From the IMG/VR virus record IMGVR_UViG_2563366843_000005: a stretch of DNA of 40,277 bases. One strand, given 5' to 3'. The DNA is from a virus (Duplodnaviria; Heunggongvirae; Uroviricota; Caudoviricetes). The translations under genes were made by a program, and so were the position numbers. A model generated the notes under the pieces. That model saw only the letters and a program-made list of their open reading frames with translations. It was not told the origin of the DNA and searched no databases. Of the stretch, positions 38,301-40,277 are shown piece by piece; the first letter of the stretch is position 1; each line of letters opens with the position of its first letter.

Positions 38301-40277
38301 ATGGGTAAAGGCAGCAGTAAGGGGCATACCCCGCGCGAAGCGAAGGACAACCTGAAATCATCCCAGATGCTGAGCGTGATAGACGCCATCAGTGAAGGGC
38401 CGGTTGAAGGTCCGGTGGACGGATTAAAAAGTGTGCTGCTGAACAGTACGCCAGTGCTGGACAGTGAGGGGAATACCAATATCTCCGGTGTCACGGTGGT
38501 GTTCCGGGCAGGTGAGCAGGAGCAGACACCGCCGGAGGGATTTGAATCCTCCGGCTCCGAGACGGTGCTGGGTACGGAAGTGAAGTACGACACGCCGATT
38601 ACCCGGACCATCACGTCTGCAAACATCGACCGTCTGCGCTTTACCTTCGGTGTGCAGGCACTGGTGGAAACCACCTCAAAGGGGGACCGGAATCTGTCGG
38701 AAGTTCGCCTGCTGGTTCAGATACAGCGTAATGGTGGCTGGGTGACGGAAAAAGACATCACCATTAAGGGCAAAACCACCTCACAGTATCTGGCCTCGGT
38801 GGTGGTGGATAACCTGCCGCCGCGCCCGTTTAATATCCGGATGCGCAGGATGACGCCGGACAGCACCACAGACCAGCTGCAGAACAAAACGCTCTGGTCG
38901 TCATACACCGAAATCATCGATGTGAAACAGTGCTACCCGAACACGGCACTGGTCGGCGTGCAGGTGGATTCGGAGCAGTTCGGCAGCCAGCAGGTGAGCC
39001 GTAATTATCATCTTCGCGGGCGCATTCTGCAGGTGCCGTCGAACTATAACCCGCAGACGCGACAATACAGCGGTATCTGGGACGGAACGTTAAAACCGGC
39101 ATACAGCAACAACATGGCCTGGTGTCTGTGGGATATGCTGACCCACCCGCGCTACGGCATGGGGAAACGTCTTGGTGCGGCAGATGTGGATAAATGGGCG
39201 CTGTATGTCATCGGCCAGTACTGCGACCAGTCGGTGCCGGACGGCTTTGGCGGTACGGAGCCGCGCATCACCTGTAACGCTTACCTGACCACACAACGTA
39301 AGGCGTGGGATGTGCTCAGTGATTTCTGCTCGGCGATGCGCTGTATGCCGGTATGGAACGGGCAGACGCTGACGTTCGTGCAGGACCGGCCATCGGATAA
39401 GGTGTGGACCTATAACCGCAGTAATGTGGTGATGCCGGATGATGGCGCGCCGTTCCGCTACAGCTTCAGCGCCCTGAAGGACCGCCATAATGCCGTTGAG
39501 GTGAACTGGATTGACCCGAACAACGGCTGGGAGACGGCGACAGAGCTTGTTGAAGATACGCAGGCCATTGCCCGTTACGGTCGTAATGTCACGAAGATGG
39601 ATGCCTTTGGTTGTACCAGTCGGGGGCAGGCACACCGCGCCGGGCTGTGGCTGATTAAAACGGAACTGCTGGAGACGCAGACCGTGGATTTCAGCGTGGG
39701 TGCTGAAGGGCTTCGCCATGTACCGGGCGATGTCATTGAAATCTGCGATGATGACTATGCCGGTATCAGCACCGGTGGTCGCGTGCTGGCGGTGAACAGC
39801 CAGACCCGGACGCTGACGCTCGACCGTGAAATCACGCTGCCATCCTCCGGTACCACGCTGATAAGCCTGGTTGACGGAAGTGGCAATCCGGTCAGCGTGG
39901 AGGTCCAGTCCGTCACCGACGGCGTGAAGGTAAAAGTGAGCCGTGTTCCTGACGGCGTTGCCGGATACAGCGTATGGGGGCTGAAGCTGCCGACGCTGAG
40001 CCAGCGCCTGTTCCGCTGCGTGAGTATCCGTGAGAACGATGACGGCACGTATGCCATCACTGCCGTGCAGCATGTACCGGAGAAAGAAGCCATCGTGGAT
40101 AACGGGGCGCACTTTGACGGCGACCAGAGCGGAACGGTGAACGGTGTCACGCCGCCAGCGGTGCAGCACCTGACCGCAGAAGTCACTGCAGACAGCGGGG
40201 AATATCAGGTGCTGGCGCGCTGGGACACACCGAAGGTGGTGAAGGGCGTGAGCTTCCTGCTTCGCCTGACCGTGGCA
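38301..40277 (+). CDS. J: tail tip/host-specificity protein gpJ, N-terminal ~659 aa; 3' end outside the window
   Basis: MGKGSSKGHTPREAKDNLKS... near-identical to the lambda J N-terminus; open to the window edge. Confidence 0.95.
   Translation, partial: MGKGSSKGHTPREAKDNLKSSQMLSVIDAISEGPVEGPVDGLKSVLLNSTPVLDSEGNTNISGVTVVFRAGEQEQTPPEGFESSGSETVLGTEVKYDTPITRTITSANIDRLRFTFGVQALVETTSKGDRNLSEVRLLVQIQRNGGWVTEKDITIKGKTTSQYLASVVVDNLPPRPFNIRMRRMTPDSTTDQLQNKTLWSSYTEIIDVKQCYPNTALVGVQVDSEQFGSQQVSRNYHLRGRILQVPSNYNPQTRQYSGIWDGTLKPAYSNNMAWCLWDMLTHPRYGMGKRLGAADVDKWALYVIGQYCDQSVPDGFGGTEPRITCNAYLTTQRKAWDVLSDFCSAMRCMPVWNGQTLTFVQDRPSDKVWTYNRSNVVMPDDGAPFRYSFSALKDRHNAVEVNWIDPNNGWETATELVEDTQAIARYGRNVTKMDAFGCTSRGQAHRAGLWLIKTELLETQTVDFSVGAEGLRHVPGDVIEICDDDYAGISTGGRVLAVNSQTRTLTLDREITLPSSGTTLISLVDGSGNPVSVEVQSVTDGVKVKVSRVPDGVAGYSVWGLKLPTLSQRLFRCVSIRENDDGTYAITAVQHVPEKEAIVDNGAHFDGDQSGTVNGVTPPAVQHLTAEVTADSGEYQVLARWDTPKVVKGVSFLLRLTVA

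Noticed and set aside
39090-40169. 359-aa minus-strand ORF
   Set aside because: Lies antisense within the lambda-like J gene, whose plus-strand frame is continuous from 38301 to the window end; a long antisense ORF is expected by chance in GC-rich coding sequence.

Overview
This window is almost entirely a lambdoid prophage of an Escherichia coli-type host, running from the integrase (attL lies just left of position 1) to a J tail-fibre gene truncated at the window end. It is a mosaic: the recombination genes (exo, bet, gam), replication genes (O with ori iterons, P, ren), cos and the whole head/tail cluster (nu1 to J) are lambda-like, while the nin region and lysis cassette resemble the E. 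coli DLP12 prophage (emrE, ybcK-ybcO, rusA, quuD, pinholin/SAR-endolysin, bor). Protein identities are from recall of lambda and K-12 proteins, not from any database search. The immunity region is of a non-lambda type, with pL and PR each carrying three TTGC-core repeats at about 25-bp spacing. The most interesting loci are: (1) a low-GC 287-aa gene of unknown function sitting exactly where lambda carries rexAB, downstream of cI and upstream of an intrinsic terminator; (2) an unrecognised convergent ORF pair between gam and pL, replacing kil-cIII-ral-N; (3) a cargo island between Q and the lysis genes (the position Stx phages use for toxin genes) carrying a Blc-like lipocalin, a YbgA-like protein and an AppY-like regulator. 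The terminase large-subunit gene is broken by a +1 frameshift in a T-run, and the protease/scaffold gene C carries a triplicated roughly 40-50-aa repeat.
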